Shown: piece after piece, positions 28,431 to 38,697 of the stretch | How the letters are laid out: the number at the start of each line of letters is the position of its first letter | Position numbering within the stretch: the stretch's first letter is position 1 | Assembly (NCBI GenBank): GCA_964385105.1 | Contig: CAYLMU010000001.1 | Span: 66,252 to 130,251, forward strand | Reading direction: 5' to 3' | Source of the DNA: an uncultured Candidatus Saccharibacteria bacterium | GTDB taxonomy: Bacteria; Patescibacteriota; WWE3; UBA101185; UBA10185 | Length of the DNA: 64,000 nucleotides | Notes under the pieces: model-generated | What the model was told of the DNA's origin: nothing | The model's input: the letters and a program-made list of their open reading frames with translations, nothing else | The model's database searches: none | Position numbers and translations under genes: made by a program

Positions 28431-28692
28431 TCCCGAGCAGGTTGAAATAAATAAAAAAGTAAAAAATACAGGCATATTAATGCTGGTAGCTATGCTTTTT
28501 GTTGTTTTTGCTTGGGTGTTTTTTGTTCTGTCAGCTCCTGAAAAAGCTCAACAAATGATTTCAAAAGATTCTTCTATTTTTACAAACAGTAGGGTAAGCG
28601 AATTAGGAGATGAAATTAATGTCATTGGTGAGGAGTTAATAATATTTGAAGAAGATTTAAATTACGATTTAAATGCAGACTTTAGTTTTTAG
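28420..28692 (+). CDS. Hypothetical small single-TM protein.
   Basis: One TM helix; overlaps the upstream gene. Confidence 0.35.
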   Translation: MQSNPEQVEINKKVKNTGILMLVAMLFVVFAWVFFVLSAPEKAQQMISKDSSIFTNSRVSELGDEINVIGEELIIFEEDLNYDLNADFSF

Positions 28693-28703
28693 TTTATTTA
28701 AAT

Positions 28704-30143
28704 TTAAACCCTTTGAAACAGATTTTCTCCTTTTTTGATATTTTCTTGTGTTAAGCTTGTTTGCAGTTTTAGGCAAACCTCAGGCAGAAAAGGTTCAAGC
28801 AGTAATGAAATTTTGTATAGTTCGTTTAGCTCAAACTCGAGTATATCTTTTAATTTAGCTTCATCTTTTATTGCCCAAGGCTCGTTTTCGTTAATATGTT
28901 TGTCCAGGTCGGTCAGCAGTTTCCAAATATTTTCAAGCACGGTATCGATTTTAAACTCATTTATGGGCTCAAAAATCTCATCATCCCAAATATCGGAATT
29001 GTTTTGATTTATATCAAATGATGAGCCTGATTTTTCAGCGAGTGCCGTTAATCGGGCTGCGGTATTTCCTAGTCCATTGGCCAGGTCTGCATTGTAGCGT
29101 TCGTCAAGCGTGTTCCATGTTATGTCGGTATCATTTTTGTAAGGAAGATTTTTTAATATTAAGTATCGTGCGCCGTCTGAGCTGTACCTTTTTGATAATT
29201 CACCTGGTGTAATAACATTTCCCAATGATTTGCTTATTTTTTGACCGGATATATTTAAATAACTGTGTACAAAAGCATTTTCAAATAAATCATATTCAGC
29301 AGATAGCAAAAATGCAGGCCAAATTACGGTGTGAAACCAATTTATATCTTTACCCAGCAAATGTACTGCCGATGTCCACAAGTGTTGCTTATTATTAATC
29401 TCAAGCGATGATAAATAATTTATTAACGCTTCAACCCATACATAAATAGTTTGGTCAGCATCCCCAGGAAACTCGATTCCCCAGGATACTTTTTCTTTTG
29501 GCCTTGAAATACTGAGGTCATTAATTTCGTTATCAAGACGTGCTAGCATTTCTTGTTTTTTTTGAGCTGGTGTTATTTTAATAGTGTCGCTTTGAATTAA
29601 ATTTTTTATTTGAGGGGCATATTTAGAGAGCCTGAAAAAATAATTTTCTTCTTCTATTTCTATAACCTGGTCGGGTCGGTGTAAGGGGCATAAACCTTCA
29701 TCGTTTAAATCAGATAGTGTTAAGAATTTTTCACAACCGGTACAATATTTTCCTTTGTATGTATGTTTATAGACATCGCCTTTGTTTACCATTTTGCTAA
29801 TGAATTGTTTAGCAAACTCTTTGTGACCCGGATGTGTTGTTCGTACGAAATAGTCATAACTTATATTCGTTTCATCAAAAGCCTGTTTCCATTCAATTGC
29901 CCGTTGGTCAACATACTTTTGCAAATCAGTGATGTTTTCTTTTGCTGCGGATTGTTCAACTGTTGTTCCATGCTCATCAAGCCCTGTTGTTAAAAAAACA
30001 TTTTCATTTCCAAGCTTTTTTCTGTAGTAGCGAGCAAGTGCATCAGCTATTGTGGTTGTTAAAAAATGCCCGACGTGGGGTGAACCGTTTGCATAGTAAA
30101 TTGGTGTGGTTATGTAAAATGTATCTCGGTTTTTGTGTGTCAT
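28704..30143 (-). CDS. metG: Methionyl-tRNA synthetase (short form).
   Basis: HIGH-type motif SPHVGH and KMSKS-type motif KISKS. Confidence 0.9.
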   Translation of the reverse strand: MTHKNRDTFYITTPIYYANGSPHVGHFLTTTIADALARYYRKKLGNENVFLTTGLDEHGTTVEQSAAKENITDLQKYVDQRAIEWKQAFDETNISYDYFVRTTHPGHKEFAKQFISKMVNKGDVYKHTYKGKYCTGCEKFLTLSDLNDEGLCPLHRPDQVIEIEEENYFFRLSKYAPQIKNLIQSDTIKITPAQKKQEMLARLDNEINDLSISRPKEKVSWGIEFPGDADQTIYVWVEALINYLSSLEINNKQHLWTSAVHLLGKDINWFHTVIWPAFLLSAEYDLFENAFVHSYLNISGQKISKSLGNVITPGELSKRYSSDGARYLILKNLPYKNDTDITWNTLDERYNADLANGLGNTAARLTALAEKSGSSFDINQNNSDIWDDEIFEPINEFKIDTVLENIWKLLTDLDKHINENEPWAIKDEAKLKDILEFELNELYKISLLLEPFLPEVCLKLQTSLTQENIKKGENLFQRV

Positions 30144-30149
30144 GATGCC

Positions 30150-30491
30150 TTATTTTAGCACAAACGCTTTAATTATAAGCAAAACGAGGGTTATGCATCC
30201 AAAGATTAGGCTTTTTTTTAGTGAATGTCTGTAAAGTGTTTTGGCCTCTTCGTTTGATGCAGGTTTTTTACGTTTAAATAGAAAAATTGACAATGTTAAT
30301 GAAAAAGCAAGTGAAGCTAATAGTAAACCCGTTAAAATTGTTAAATTCCCGGTCGGCGGGTTATTTGCCATAAACAAAAATAAACTAATCCAACTAACAA
30401 AAGTGAAAAAGTACATTGTGTAGAGAAATTTAGGATTTGTTTTTGAAGGGTGAGTTGTAACAACAGCCATAGATGAAATAAATAGTAGCAT
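30150..30491 (-). CDS. Hypothetical membrane protein. A shorter internal start is chosen to avoid the rmuC overlap; the track ORF runs to 30629.
   Basis: 3-4 TM helices. Confidence 0.35.
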   Translation of the reverse strand: MLLFISSMAVVTTHPSKTNPKFLYTMYFFTFVSWISLFLFMANNPPTGNLTILTGLLLASLAFSLTLSIFLFKRKKPASNEEAKTLYRHSLKKSLIFGCITLVLLIIKAFVLK

Positions 30492-30510
30492 AGATTTTTT
30501 AAAAAATGGG

Positions 30511-31605
30511 GTGTCTGTTAAAATATATAGGCATATGGTTTCTACACAATTTCTCATTGTTTTTGTTTTACTTGTTATTGGCGTGGCAGGGGCTATTGTG
30601 TATGTACTTTCTTCCCAGATAAAAAGCATAAAAGAAGAATTAAATAAAGATAATGATCAGGTTTTGGTTGAGTGGTTAAAAGAAATGAAAGGTTCTGTTG
30701 AAAAAAACTCCGAAACGTTGGAGAGACAGTTAAATGATCAGAGAAGTGCTCTTAATGAACAGCTCAAGGGGCAGCGTGATGCAATGAATCAGCAAACTAA
30801 GCTTATTTGGGAAAGACTGGATAAAGCTTCGGAGGTTATTCAAGGAGTACAGCAACATTTGGGAGGAATCCAGGAATTTGGAAAAGATATGAAAGATTTA
30901 AGTAACGTGCTAAAGTCGCCAAAATTAAGAGGTGGTTTAGGCGAACAACTTTTGTATGAAATATTGGCAAATGCCTTACCTGCACATCTGTTTAAAACTC
31001 AATTTAAATTTAGAGACGGAAGTATGTGTGACGCAATAATTTTTACTGACCGGGGAAGTATTCCTATTGATTCTAAGTTTCCAATGGAAAATTTTAAATT
31101 AATGCTTACACTTGAGAGCCCTGAAGACAGAGACCGTGCTAAAAGAGTTTTTGTGCGGGATGTTAAAAAAAGAATTGATGAAATATCAAAATATATTTTG
31201 CCCGAAGAAGGAACTGCTGATTTTGCCGTAATGTATATTCCTTCTGAGAATGTTTATTATGAGTTATTGGTTAATACATCTGAAATCGAAGATTATGCCA
31301 GACAGAAATGTGTGTTTTTAACGTCACCCAACACATTAAGTTATCAGGTTAGAAGCATTTTAGTGGCTTTTCAGCAGCAGGAACTTCAAAAACACGCAGG
31401 AGAGATTTTAAAAGCTTTGTCGGGAATTAAGGTAGAAGCAGAAAAATTTGACGCCGAACTAAATGTGCTTGATGGTCATATTGATAGAACTGCAAAATCT
31501 TTTGCAAATGTTAGAAATAAGTATTCACGGTTGTTTACTAAAATCGATTCGGTTGAGCAGTTGAGTGAGGGCGATGCTATACAAAAACCACTATTGGATG
31601 AATAA
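30511..31605 (+). CDS. rmuC: DNA recombination protein RmuC.
   Basis: N-terminal TM, coiled coil and a C-terminal RmuC nuclease-like domain (GGLGEQLLYEIL...). Confidence 0.75.
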   Translation: MSVKIYRHMVSTQFLIVFVLLVIGVAGAIVYVLSSQIKSIKEELNKDNDQVLVEWLKEMKGSVEKNSETLERQLNDQRSALNEQLKGQRDAMNQQTKLIWERLDKASEVIQGVQQHLGGIQEFGKDMKDLSNVLKSPKLRGGLGEQLLYEILANALPAHLFKTQFKFRDGSMCDAIIFTDRGSIPIDSKFPMENFKLMLTLESPEDRDRAKRVFVRDVKKRIDEISKYILPEEGTADFAVMYIPSENVYYELLVNTSEIEDYARQKCVFLTSPNTLSYQVRSILVAFQQQELQKHAGEILKALSGIKVEAEKFDAELNVLDGHIDRTAKSFANVRNKYSRLFTKIDSVEQLSEGDAIQKPLLDE

Positions 31606-31633
31606 TAATTTTCTTAAGCTATAATAGCCACAT

Positions 31634-34483
31634 ATGTCTAAAACCAGAATAAAATTAAACGCTGACCAACAGCATGCAGTTGAACATAAATTTGGCCCTT
31701 TGTTGGTTGTGGCTGGTGCAGGTACCGGAAAAACTCGCGTTATTACAGAAAGAATTAAGCACTTAATTAACACTGAAAATTTAAGTCCAAAAGAAATACT
31801 TGCGCTTACTTTTACAGATAAAGCCTCTCACGAAATGGTTGCCAGATTGGATGAATCTATGCCTCTTGGGTATGAAGAACCTTGGATTCTTACTTTTCAC
31901 TCTTTTGCAGATAGAGTTTTACGCTCCGAAGGCCTTGAAATCGGGCTTGACCCTTCATATAAAATAATGTCTTATCCTGAACAATGGTTGTTGATTAGAA
32001 AAAATTTATTTAAATTTGAATTAGATTACTTTTTACCTCTTGGGAATCCGACAAAGTTTATATCATCCATTATAAAGTTTATTTCAAGATTACAGGATGA
32101 GAATATTACCGTAAGTGACCTTGAAATATTTGCACAAAATTTTAAAGGCGATGACGATGAAAAACAGCGGTGGAGTGAACTTGCAGCTTTTTACAAAAAA
32201 TATGAAGCTCTGAAAATTGAAAAATCAAAAATGGATTTTGGAGATTTAATTGTATGGATAATAAAGCTATTTAACGAACGACCCAATATTTTAAAAAAAT
32301 ATCAAACCCAGTTTAAGCATGTACTAGTAGATGAATTTCAGGATACAAACTATGCCCAATACGAGCTAGTAAAAATACTTTGCCCTGAAAATGGTATGGA
32401 AAACAGAAGCTTACTTGTGGTGGGGGATGACTCTCAATCTATTTATAAATTTAGAGGGGCTGCCGTTTCAAATATTTTGGAATTTATGCATGATTTTCCA
32501 AAGGCGCAAATGTTTACTTTGTTGAACAATTACCGAAGTACACAACATATTCTTGATCCGGCATATAAGCTAATACAAAATAATAATCCCGACACTTTAG
32601 AAAGTAAGCTTGGAATCTCAAAAGAGCTAAAGAGCCACGTTAAAGAAGATGGCATGGCTGAAATATACAAAATGGCAAATTTAGAAGATGAGGTTGACTT
32701 TACGTTGGATAAAATCATTGAAATTCTGGGACGGGAGCCTTCTTATAACTACAAGGATATTGCAATTTTAGCCAGGGCAAATAGTCATTTAGAACCTTTT
32801 GTTATGGGATTAAGGAGACGAGGTTTGCCTTATCAATTAGTTGGTAACCGTGGCTTGTATGACAGGGATGAGATTAGGGATGCCTTAGCTTTATTAAAAG
32901 TGGTGGTTAATCCGAATGATTCAATAAGCTTGTACAGGGTACTAAATATTGAGACTTTAAATATTGATACTGAAGTGATTTCTAAAATTCTCTCCACGGC
33001 AAAATACAAAAAGCTTGATTTATGGACTGTAATGAAAGAATTGGGTGATGAGAATACAGACTTTTTATGTGAGAAAATTCATGAATTTCAAGCAAAAATA
33101 ACTGATGAAACGCCAACAAACTTTGTTTATCAAATAATAAATGCAATTAAATATTTAGACCGGTTTTTGAAAGAGGAAACTATTGAAAATAAGCTTGCAC
33201 TTAACAATTTAAATTTATTTTTAGATCGAATTAAGAGGTTTGAGGTTGAATATCGCGCTGACAACAACGAAACACCTACATTGGTAGATTTGCTTGAGTA
33301 CTTGGAACTAATGATTGAAGCCGGTGAAAATCCTGCTCAGGCAGAAATAGAGGATGTGGAGACCATTAAGCTGTTGACGGTACATTCGAGCAAAGGTTTG
33401 GAGTTTGGAGCTGTTTTTATGGTTAATTTGGTATCGGGTAGGTTTCCTACAAACAATAGAACAGATGCAATAGAAATTCCCGACGACCTGGTTAAAGAAA
33501 TACTTCCGTCGGGTGATGCACATATTCAGGAAGAAAGAAGGCTTTTTTATGTAGGTATGACCAGAGCAAAAAAATATCTTTATTTAATGAGCAGCAAAAA
33601 TTATGGCGGAAAGCGAGACAAAAGTATAAGCGGATATGTATCTGAAACAGGGTTGAAAATAAATGAAATTGCAGAACTTGACAAAGCTCAAAAACAGGAA
33701 AGCTTATTTGGTGTAAATTCAACATATCGAAGTCCTAAAATACAAAAGGTGCAAAACTTTTTACCCACCTCAATGAGTTTTTCACGTTTATCCGTGTACC
33801 AAACATGTCCGCTAAAGTATAAATACATGTATATACTAAACATACCGACGCCTCCGAATCATGCATTAAGCTTTGGAATAACAATTCATGACACTTTGCG
33901 AGAATTTCACACAAAGCTTTTATTTGGTGATATGACTTTAGAGGAACTTTATGAAATTTATAAAAAAAACTGGCAGCCACTTGGATACCTAGACAACGAG
34001 CATCAACATGCACGCTTTGAAAGCGGCAAGGCTCTATTACAAAAATATTATGAAAAAAATAAGGGTATAACCGTAAGGCCTCTTGAGCTTGAAAAAAGCT
34101 TCACACTACAACTTGGCGGAGTAAAATTTTTTGGTCGAATAGACAGAATAGACCCCTGTGAAGATGGTGGAGTTGAAATTATTGACTACAAAACAGGCGG
34201 AGTGAAAACTCAAAAACAGGTCGATTCTGATGAACAGGTTGCACTCTATGCAATAGCGGCAAAAGAAGCGCTTGGATTAAATCCCACAAAGCTTACATAC
34301 AATTTTATTGAAGGTGATGAAATAGTTACAACATTAAGAACCGAAGAACAGCTTGAAGCAACCAAACAGCAAGTTAAAGAAACTGTTGAGCAGATTAGAA
34401 AAGGTAATTTTGAACATAAACCGGGAATGCATTGTACGTGGTGTGATTATAAGGATATTTGTCCTTATGCGTGGACGGGGTAA
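31634..34483 (+). CDS. UvrD/PcrA-family SF1 helicase fused to a C-terminal PD-(D/E)XK nuclease with a Cas4 / AddB-like 4-Cys Fe-S motif.
   Basis: Walker A AGAGTGKTRV plus UvrD helicase motifs. The C-terminal first Cys lies in YQTCPLKY, followed by DRIDPCEDGGVEIIDYKTG and a terminal CTWCDYKDICP. Confidence 0.75.
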   Translation: MSKTRIKLNADQQHAVEHKFGPLLVVAGAGTGKTRVITERIKHLINTENLSPKEILALTFTDKASHEMVARLDESMPLGYEEPWILTFHSFADRVLRSEGLEIGLDPSYKIMSYPEQWLLIRKNLFKFELDYFLPLGNPTKFISSIIKFISRLQDENITVSDLEIFAQNFKGDDDEKQRWSELAAFYKKYEALKIEKSKMDFGDLIVWIIKLFNERPNILKKYQTQFKHVLVDEFQDTNYAQYELVKILCPENGMENRSLLVVGDDSQSIYKFRGAAVSNILEFMHDFPKAQMFTLLNNYRSTQHILDPAYKLIQNNNPDTLESKLGISKELKSHVKEDGMAEIYKMANLEDEVDFTLDKIIEILGREPSYNYKDIAILARANSHLEPFVMGLRRRGLPYQLVGNRGLYDRDEIRDALALLKVVVNPNDSISLYRVLNIETLNIDTEVISKILSTAKYKKLDLWTVMKELGDENTDFLCEKIHEFQAKITDETPTNFVYQIINAIKYLDRFLKEETIENKLALNNLNLFLDRIKRFEVEYRADNNETPTLVDLLEYLELMIEAGENPAQAEIEDVETIKLLTVHSSKGLEFGAVFMVNLVSGRFPTNNRTDAIEIPDDLVKEILPSGDAHIQEERRLFYVGMTRAKKYLYLMSSKNYGGKRDKSISGYVSETGLKINEIAELDKAQKQESLFGVNSTYRSPKIQKVQNFLPTSMSFSRLSVYQTCPLKYKYMYILNIPTPPNHALSFGITIHDTLREFHTKLLFGDMTLEELYEIYKKNWQPLGYLDNEHQHARFESGKALLQKYYEKNKGITVRPLELEKSFTLQLGGVKFFGRIDRIDPCEDGGVEIIDYKTGGVKTQKQVDSDEQVALYAIAAKEALGLNPTKLTYNFIEGDEIVTTLRTEEQLEATKQQVKETVEQIRKGNFEHKPGMHCTWCDYKDICPYAWTG

Positions 34484-34497
34484 TTGTTATAACAATC

Positions 34498-35415
34498 TTA
34501 AAACCCTAAAGGAAAAAACTTATTCATCACACTCAAAACCGGATTAAACACTTTTATACAAGACTCAGGAAATTCTAGTGTATTCCCGCCGAATTTTGAT
34601 TTAAACTCAGTAAATCCTTGCCACTTTTTTGTAAAAGGAACCCTTTTGTCATAAATACCTTCGAGGTCAAGTAATAAAAATCCTTGTTGTTTAAAATACA
34701 AAATTGCTTCCCAAAATAATAAATATCCGCTTTTAGAACCGCCTGCAGCATTTGAAAATCTTGTTGTTCCTCCGTGCAAATACCATACACTCTTTTTGTG
34801 GCAAACATAAAATCCTCCGCTTAAATTTTCTAAATTTTTGTTTTGAGCCAGCAAAATGTAACAATCGTCACCGAAAATACGTGCTTTTGACAAAAGATCT
34901 TCATAGCTATAGGGGGTAAAATTTTTTTGTTGCGCTGAGTTTTTGTATAAGTTATAAAATTTTTCAACAATTTTTGCTGATGGGTTTTGATGAGCATAAA
35001 CCGCGACACCTTCACGTTTGGCTCGGTTGACTCCATATTTTCCGCTTGTAGATAACGCGTTCCACTGCAATTTTTCGTCTTGTTCAAGCTCGATAATCAA
35101 AGTTTTCGTAGGAGATAAAGGGTTTTTGCTTTTTTGGTAACCGCTGTTTTGTAAAAGACTTGCACTTTGCTGGTCTTGTGGTTCTATTGTTATAACCAGA
35201 CACTTATTATCTTTACAAATTTTTTCAAATTCTAAAATGTCACTTTGACGTAAAGTTTGCGGACGTTGTACTTTTGCTACGCTAAACCCAAATTTTTTGT
35301 AAATGTTTAATGTTATCCCATTTTGGGTAGTATAAGATTTCCATCCGTTTGTATTTAAGTACTTTGCCCATTTTTCGGATTGTCTAAAGTCTTCTTGTAC
35401 CAGCGTTTCCTGCAT
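34498..35415 (-). CDS. FemAB-family peptidoglycan interpeptide-bridge aminoacyltransferase.
   Basis: FemAB/FemX-like C-terminal motifs (GGTTRFSNAAGGSKSGYLLFWEAILYFKQQG). Confidence 0.6.
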   Translation of the reverse strand: MQETLVQEDFRQSEKWAKYLNTNGWKSYTTQNGITLNIYKKFGFSVAKVQRPQTLRQSDILEFEKICKDNKCLVITIEPQDQQSASLLQNSGYQKSKNPLSPTKTLIIELEQDEKLQWNALSTSGKYGVNRAKREGVAVYAHQNPSAKIVEKFYNLYKNSAQQKNFTPYSYEDLLSKARIFGDDCYILLAQNKNLENLSGGFYVCHKKSVWYLHGGTTRFSNAAGGSKSGYLLFWEAILYFKQQGFLLLDLEGIYDKRVPFTKKWQGFTEFKSKFGGNTLEFPESCIKVFNPVLSVMNKFFPLGF

Positions 35416-36356
35416 TATCTTATAGCTTTCAAAAAGCGCATAACTTTAGGGTATGTTGTATTAAATAAGTTATAAACTGTAGGGTTTAATATGTAGTCAT
35501 AAGAATCCATGTATTCAATGTGTGTGCCTCCAAACCTTAATTTAAAATTGGTGAATCCCCATTCGGGGTCTGTTTGGTCTGTAGGGTCGGCACATGCACC
35601 CCACATATCAAATTTTGTGCATCCGTATGCTTTACCTAATTTTATTGCTTCCCATCCGATTAAATTACTCGCAAAAAGGTTTCTGTTTTCGTTACTCGAG
35701 CCGCCGTAAGGATAATAAAGCGTGTTTTGATGAGTAAATAGCATCCACGAGGCCAAAGGCTTGTTCTGATACTCAGCAATTAGAAGATGAGCAATTTGTT
35801 TTGGGTAAAACATTTCCCAAATCTTTTTATAGTATTCTTTAGGATGGTTTAAAAACTTCTGTCTTTTTCCGGTTTCTTCTAAAAGTTCATAAAATATTTC
35901 AAAATCTTTATGTATTTGGCCTTTGCGTACTTTAACACCTTCTTTTTCGGATTTTCTTGCATTATACCTGTGCTTTGTATGCATGCCCATTAACAATGCT
36001 TCTTCAGGTTTTGATATATCTAAAATAATATTGTATTTAGTGAAAGTATTTTTTGGCGATGGCTTTACATTTTCTTGGGAACGAAATATTTTGACTGCTT
36101 CTTCTGCTTGTGGAGAATCTTTTTGTACATAAGGCACATCAAAATTTATTGTAAAACAGTTGTTTAGTTTTAAAGAGTTGGTCAATTCTCCCCATTGAAT
36201 TTCAAAAGGGTTTACCTTAGGGCAATAAGCGTAATAAAAGTTCGTAAACGGTAATTTGTGTTTTGTGTATTGTACGTTACCAACCCTAATAGCAGGTGTA
36301 CCGAATTCTGACTTAAAATCGCCCCATTCCGGCGATTGTACAAGGTGCTGAGTCAT
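35415..36356 (-). CDS. FemAB-family aminoacyltransferase, a tandem paralog.
   Basis: NLIGWEAIKLGKAYGCTKFDMWG ... FKLRFGG resembles the FemA region WEMINYALNHGIDRYNFYG ... KFKKG. Confidence 0.6.
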   Translation of the reverse strand: MTQHLVQSPEWGDFKSEFGTPAIRVGNVQYTKHKLPFTNFYYAYCPKVNPFEIQWGELTNSLKLNNCFTINFDVPYVQKDSPQAEEAVKIFRSQENVKPSPKNTFTKYNIILDISKPEEALLMGMHTKHRYNARKSEKEGVKVRKGQIHKDFEIFYELLEETGKRQKFLNHPKEYYKKIWEMFYPKQIAHLLIAEYQNKPLASWMLFTHQNTLYYPYGGSSNENRNLFASNLIGWEAIKLGKAYGCTKFDMWGACADPTDQTDPEWGFTNFKLRFGGTHIEYMDSYDYILNPTVYNLFNTTYPKVMRFLKAIR

Positions 36357-36467
36357 GTGCTTAGTATATCACTTTAGTGTATAATACTTTACATACCCAT
36401 GACGGGGGTATAAATAGGAGATTGTCCGGAATTAACGCGCCGGGCAGTAGGGCCTGGACAAATATTA

Positions 36468-37274
36468 ATGCTTGGACAGGCCTTATCTAACTGTAAACCT
36501 GACATGAACGATGAATCACCAAACAAACAGGATAAAATAATTACTACTTTTTTTGCAGCAGTTGCACTTGGTTTGGTTGTAGCTTTTGCATTGTATATAA
36601 AAAATGTTAACTCAGATGTTGAAGATGATTTATTGTTTACACAAGAAACTGACAGCTTTTTAACCGGAAAGGGTAGCGGTGATGTTAAACTTGAAGATAG
36701 TATAGTAGATGATTCGGCGCAGCCGCAAGTTCCACCAAAGGAGGAAACAATGACGAAAAAAACTTATTCCAGTACACCCGAGATGAACATAAATCAGAAT
36801 ATGGATTACAAAGCGATATTAGCCACAAATAAAGGGGAAATTACCTTAGACTTATTTGAAGAAGAATCCCCTGTAACTGTTAATAATTTCGTATTTTTGG
36901 CCAATGAAGGATTTTATGATGGAATAATATTTCACAGGGTTATTAAAGACTTTATGATTCAAGGTGGTGATCCCCAAGGCACAGGAAGAGGAGGCCCCGG
37001 GTATAGTTTTGCCGATGAAATTAACGATAAAAAAATTGTTCAAGGTTCGCTGGCTATGGCAAATGCCGGTCCAAATACAAACGGATCGCAGTTTTTTATA
37101 GTAACTGCAGATGCAACCCCTTGGCTTGATGGTAAACATACAAACTTTGGTCAAGTTACTGAAGGGCTTGATGTAGTAATGGCAATACAAAGCGTACAAA
37201 CAGGCCCAATGGATAAACCTATTGAAGTTGTTGTTATTGAATCAGTGAGAATTATTGAAGAACCAAAGTCTTAA
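36468..37274 (+). CDS. Membrane-anchored cyclophilin-type peptidyl-prolyl cis-trans isomerase (true start probably at 36504).
   Basis: Cyclophilin core FHRVIKDFMIQGGDP ... NTNGSQFFIV. Confidence 0.85.
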   Translation: MLGQALSNCKPDMNDESPNKQDKIITTFFAAVALGLVVAFALYIKNVNSDVEDDLLFTQETDSFLTGKGSGDVKLEDSIVDDSAQPQVPPKEETMTKKTYSSTPEMNINQNMDYKAILATNKGEITLDLFEEESPVTVNNFVFLANEGFYDGIIFHRVIKDFMIQGGDPQGTGRGGPGYSFADEINDKKIVQGSLAMANAGPNTNGSQFFIVTADATPWLDGKHTNFGQVTEGLDVVMAIQSVQTGPMDKPIEVVVIESVRIIEEPKS

Positions 37275-38028
37275 ACATTTTTTGCCATTCGTGAAGCGAG
37301 ACTTCTTGAGGGCGCATTGAAGGATTAATACCTGCTTTTTGCAAGTCTTCATTTTTAAATTGTTTATTGAGCATTTTTCTTGGTGATGCAAAGCCTTTTC
37401 TTAAAAATCCCGAGTACTTTTTTCTTTGTTCCGGTTTATGCAAAAATTCAGGCAAATTATTACGAAGAGTCATTTTTACTATTCCTCCATTTACTGGGGG
37501 TTCAGGTTCAAAGCTTGAACTTTTTACGATTCTCACAAACTCAATATTATAAAAAGTTTGTAAAAAAACTGACATAAAGTTTGAATCAGGTGCTTGTGCT
37601 GTTATTTTTTCAGCAACTTCTTTTTGCAGCAACAAAGAACAGTTATCTGCTAACGGTTCAAGTTTTAGTATTTCAAGTAATAAAGGCTTTGTTATATAAA
37701 ATGGCAGTGAAGCTATAATTTTGTAGCTGTTTTTTGTTTTAAACTTTGGTAACCAATCTAACACGTTATAATAAATAATCTCTAAATTCCCGTGATGGGA
37801 AAAGTGCTCATTTAAATACTCAACCATTCTAGGATCGGTTTCAACTGCGTAAACTTTACCTGAGTTATGTAATTTCTCCAGAATGATTTGTGTTACAGCA
37901 CCTAATCCTGGTCCAATTTCAATAACTGTATCGCCCGGATGAATACCTGATGAAGCAACTAAATCAGCAATTGCCTCACTATCTATTAAAAAATTCTGCC
38001 CGAGCTCTTTTTTTGGTTCTATAGCCAT
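37252..38028 (-). CDS. rsmA: 16S rRNA (adenine1518/1519-N6)-dimethyltransferase.
   Basis: KELGQNFLID ... IEIGPGLGAVT SAM-binding motif. Confidence 0.9.
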   Translation of the reverse strand: MAIEPKKELGQNFLIDSEAIADLVASSGIHPGDTVIEIGPGLGAVTQIILEKLHNSGKVYAVETDPRMVEYLNEHFSHHGNLEIIYYNVLDWLPKFKTKNSYKIIASLPFYITKPLLLEILKLEPLADNCSLLLQKEVAEKITAQAPDSNFMSVFLQTFYNIEFVRIVKSSSFEPEPPVNGGIVKMTLRNNLPEFLHKPEQRKKYSGFLRKGFASPRKMLNKQFKNEDLQKAGINPSMRPQEVSLHEWQKMFKTLVLQ

Positions 38029-38049
38029 AGTTAGTAGTATACTGCATAA

Positions 38050-38535
38050 GTGAAAAATATATACATTGCACTTGAAGACCTAAGAAGTTTATATAACATT
38101 GGAGCTATATTTAGAACATGCAGTTTTTTTGGATTTTACAATGTTATTTTAGTTGGCTATAGCGGAAAAACTGCTAATGAGCATGGTGAGCCAATATTGC
38201 ATCCAAATATACTTAAAACGTCTTTAGGAGCAGAAAAAGACCTTAATATTCAATTTATACCTGATTCAACAGGTCTATTAAGCTATGCACAAAAAAATAA
38301 TCTGCAAATTGTTGCGGTTGAGCAGACTGAAAGGAGTGAACCGTTGCATGAATGGAAGCCTGAAGATAATGCAATTATAGTTTTTGGAAACGAGGTAACC
38401 GGCGTGTCAGAAGAACTGCTTGATAAATCAAATAAAATTGTTGAGGTTTACCGCGCGGGAAAACATAATTCTCTTAATGTGACAACGGTGTGTGGTGTTG
38501 TTTTGTATCAGATTATAAATAAAAAGCTGCAATAA
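38050..38535 (+). CDS. SpoU/TrmH-class RNA 2'-O-methyltransferase.
   Basis: SPOUT motifs (NIGAIFRT, IVFGNEVTGVS, NVTTVCGVVLY). Confidence 0.8.
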   Translation: MKNIYIALEDLRSLYNIGAIFRTCSFFGFYNVILVGYSGKTANEHGEPILHPNILKTSLGAEKDLNIQFIPDSTGLLSYAQKNNLQIVAVEQTERSEPLHEWKPEDNAIIVFGNEVTGVSEELLDKSNKIVEVYRAGKHNSLNVTTVCGVVLYQIINKKLQ

Positions 38536-38623
38536 ACCACAATCTTGGAAAAGATGCAAAATGACATGGTTTCATTATATAGGAAAAAATTACTATAAAA
38601 GTATATTATAATAAGCATATCTT

Positions 38624-38697
38624 GCCGGGGTAGTTTAATTTTAAAACCACTCAATTGTTTTGAGAAAATGTAGGTGAAAGCCCTACCCCCGGCTCCA
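38624..38697 (+). ncRNA. tRNA-like cloverleaf (tRNA(UGU)-like) with genome-encoded CCA but non-canonical D and T loops.
   Basis: - Perfect 7-bp acceptor stem GCCGGGG / CCCCGGC, then T + CCA
- U8 and A14 present
- 4-bp D stem GTTT / AAAC
- 4-bp anticodon stem with a 7-nt loop ATTGTTT (U33-UGU)
- 5-bp T stem GTAGG / CCTAC
- D loop lacks GG, and the T loop is TGAAAGC instead of TTCRANY
- TATAAT at 38607-38612 lies just upstream
GC-rich stems stand out against the AT-rich surroundings. Confidence 0.3.

Noticed and set aside
34486-34497. 12-bp perfect palindrome TTGTTATAACAA just after the helicase-nuclease stop.
   Set aside because: AT-only and loop-less; too weak to call a terminator or binding site without other evidence.
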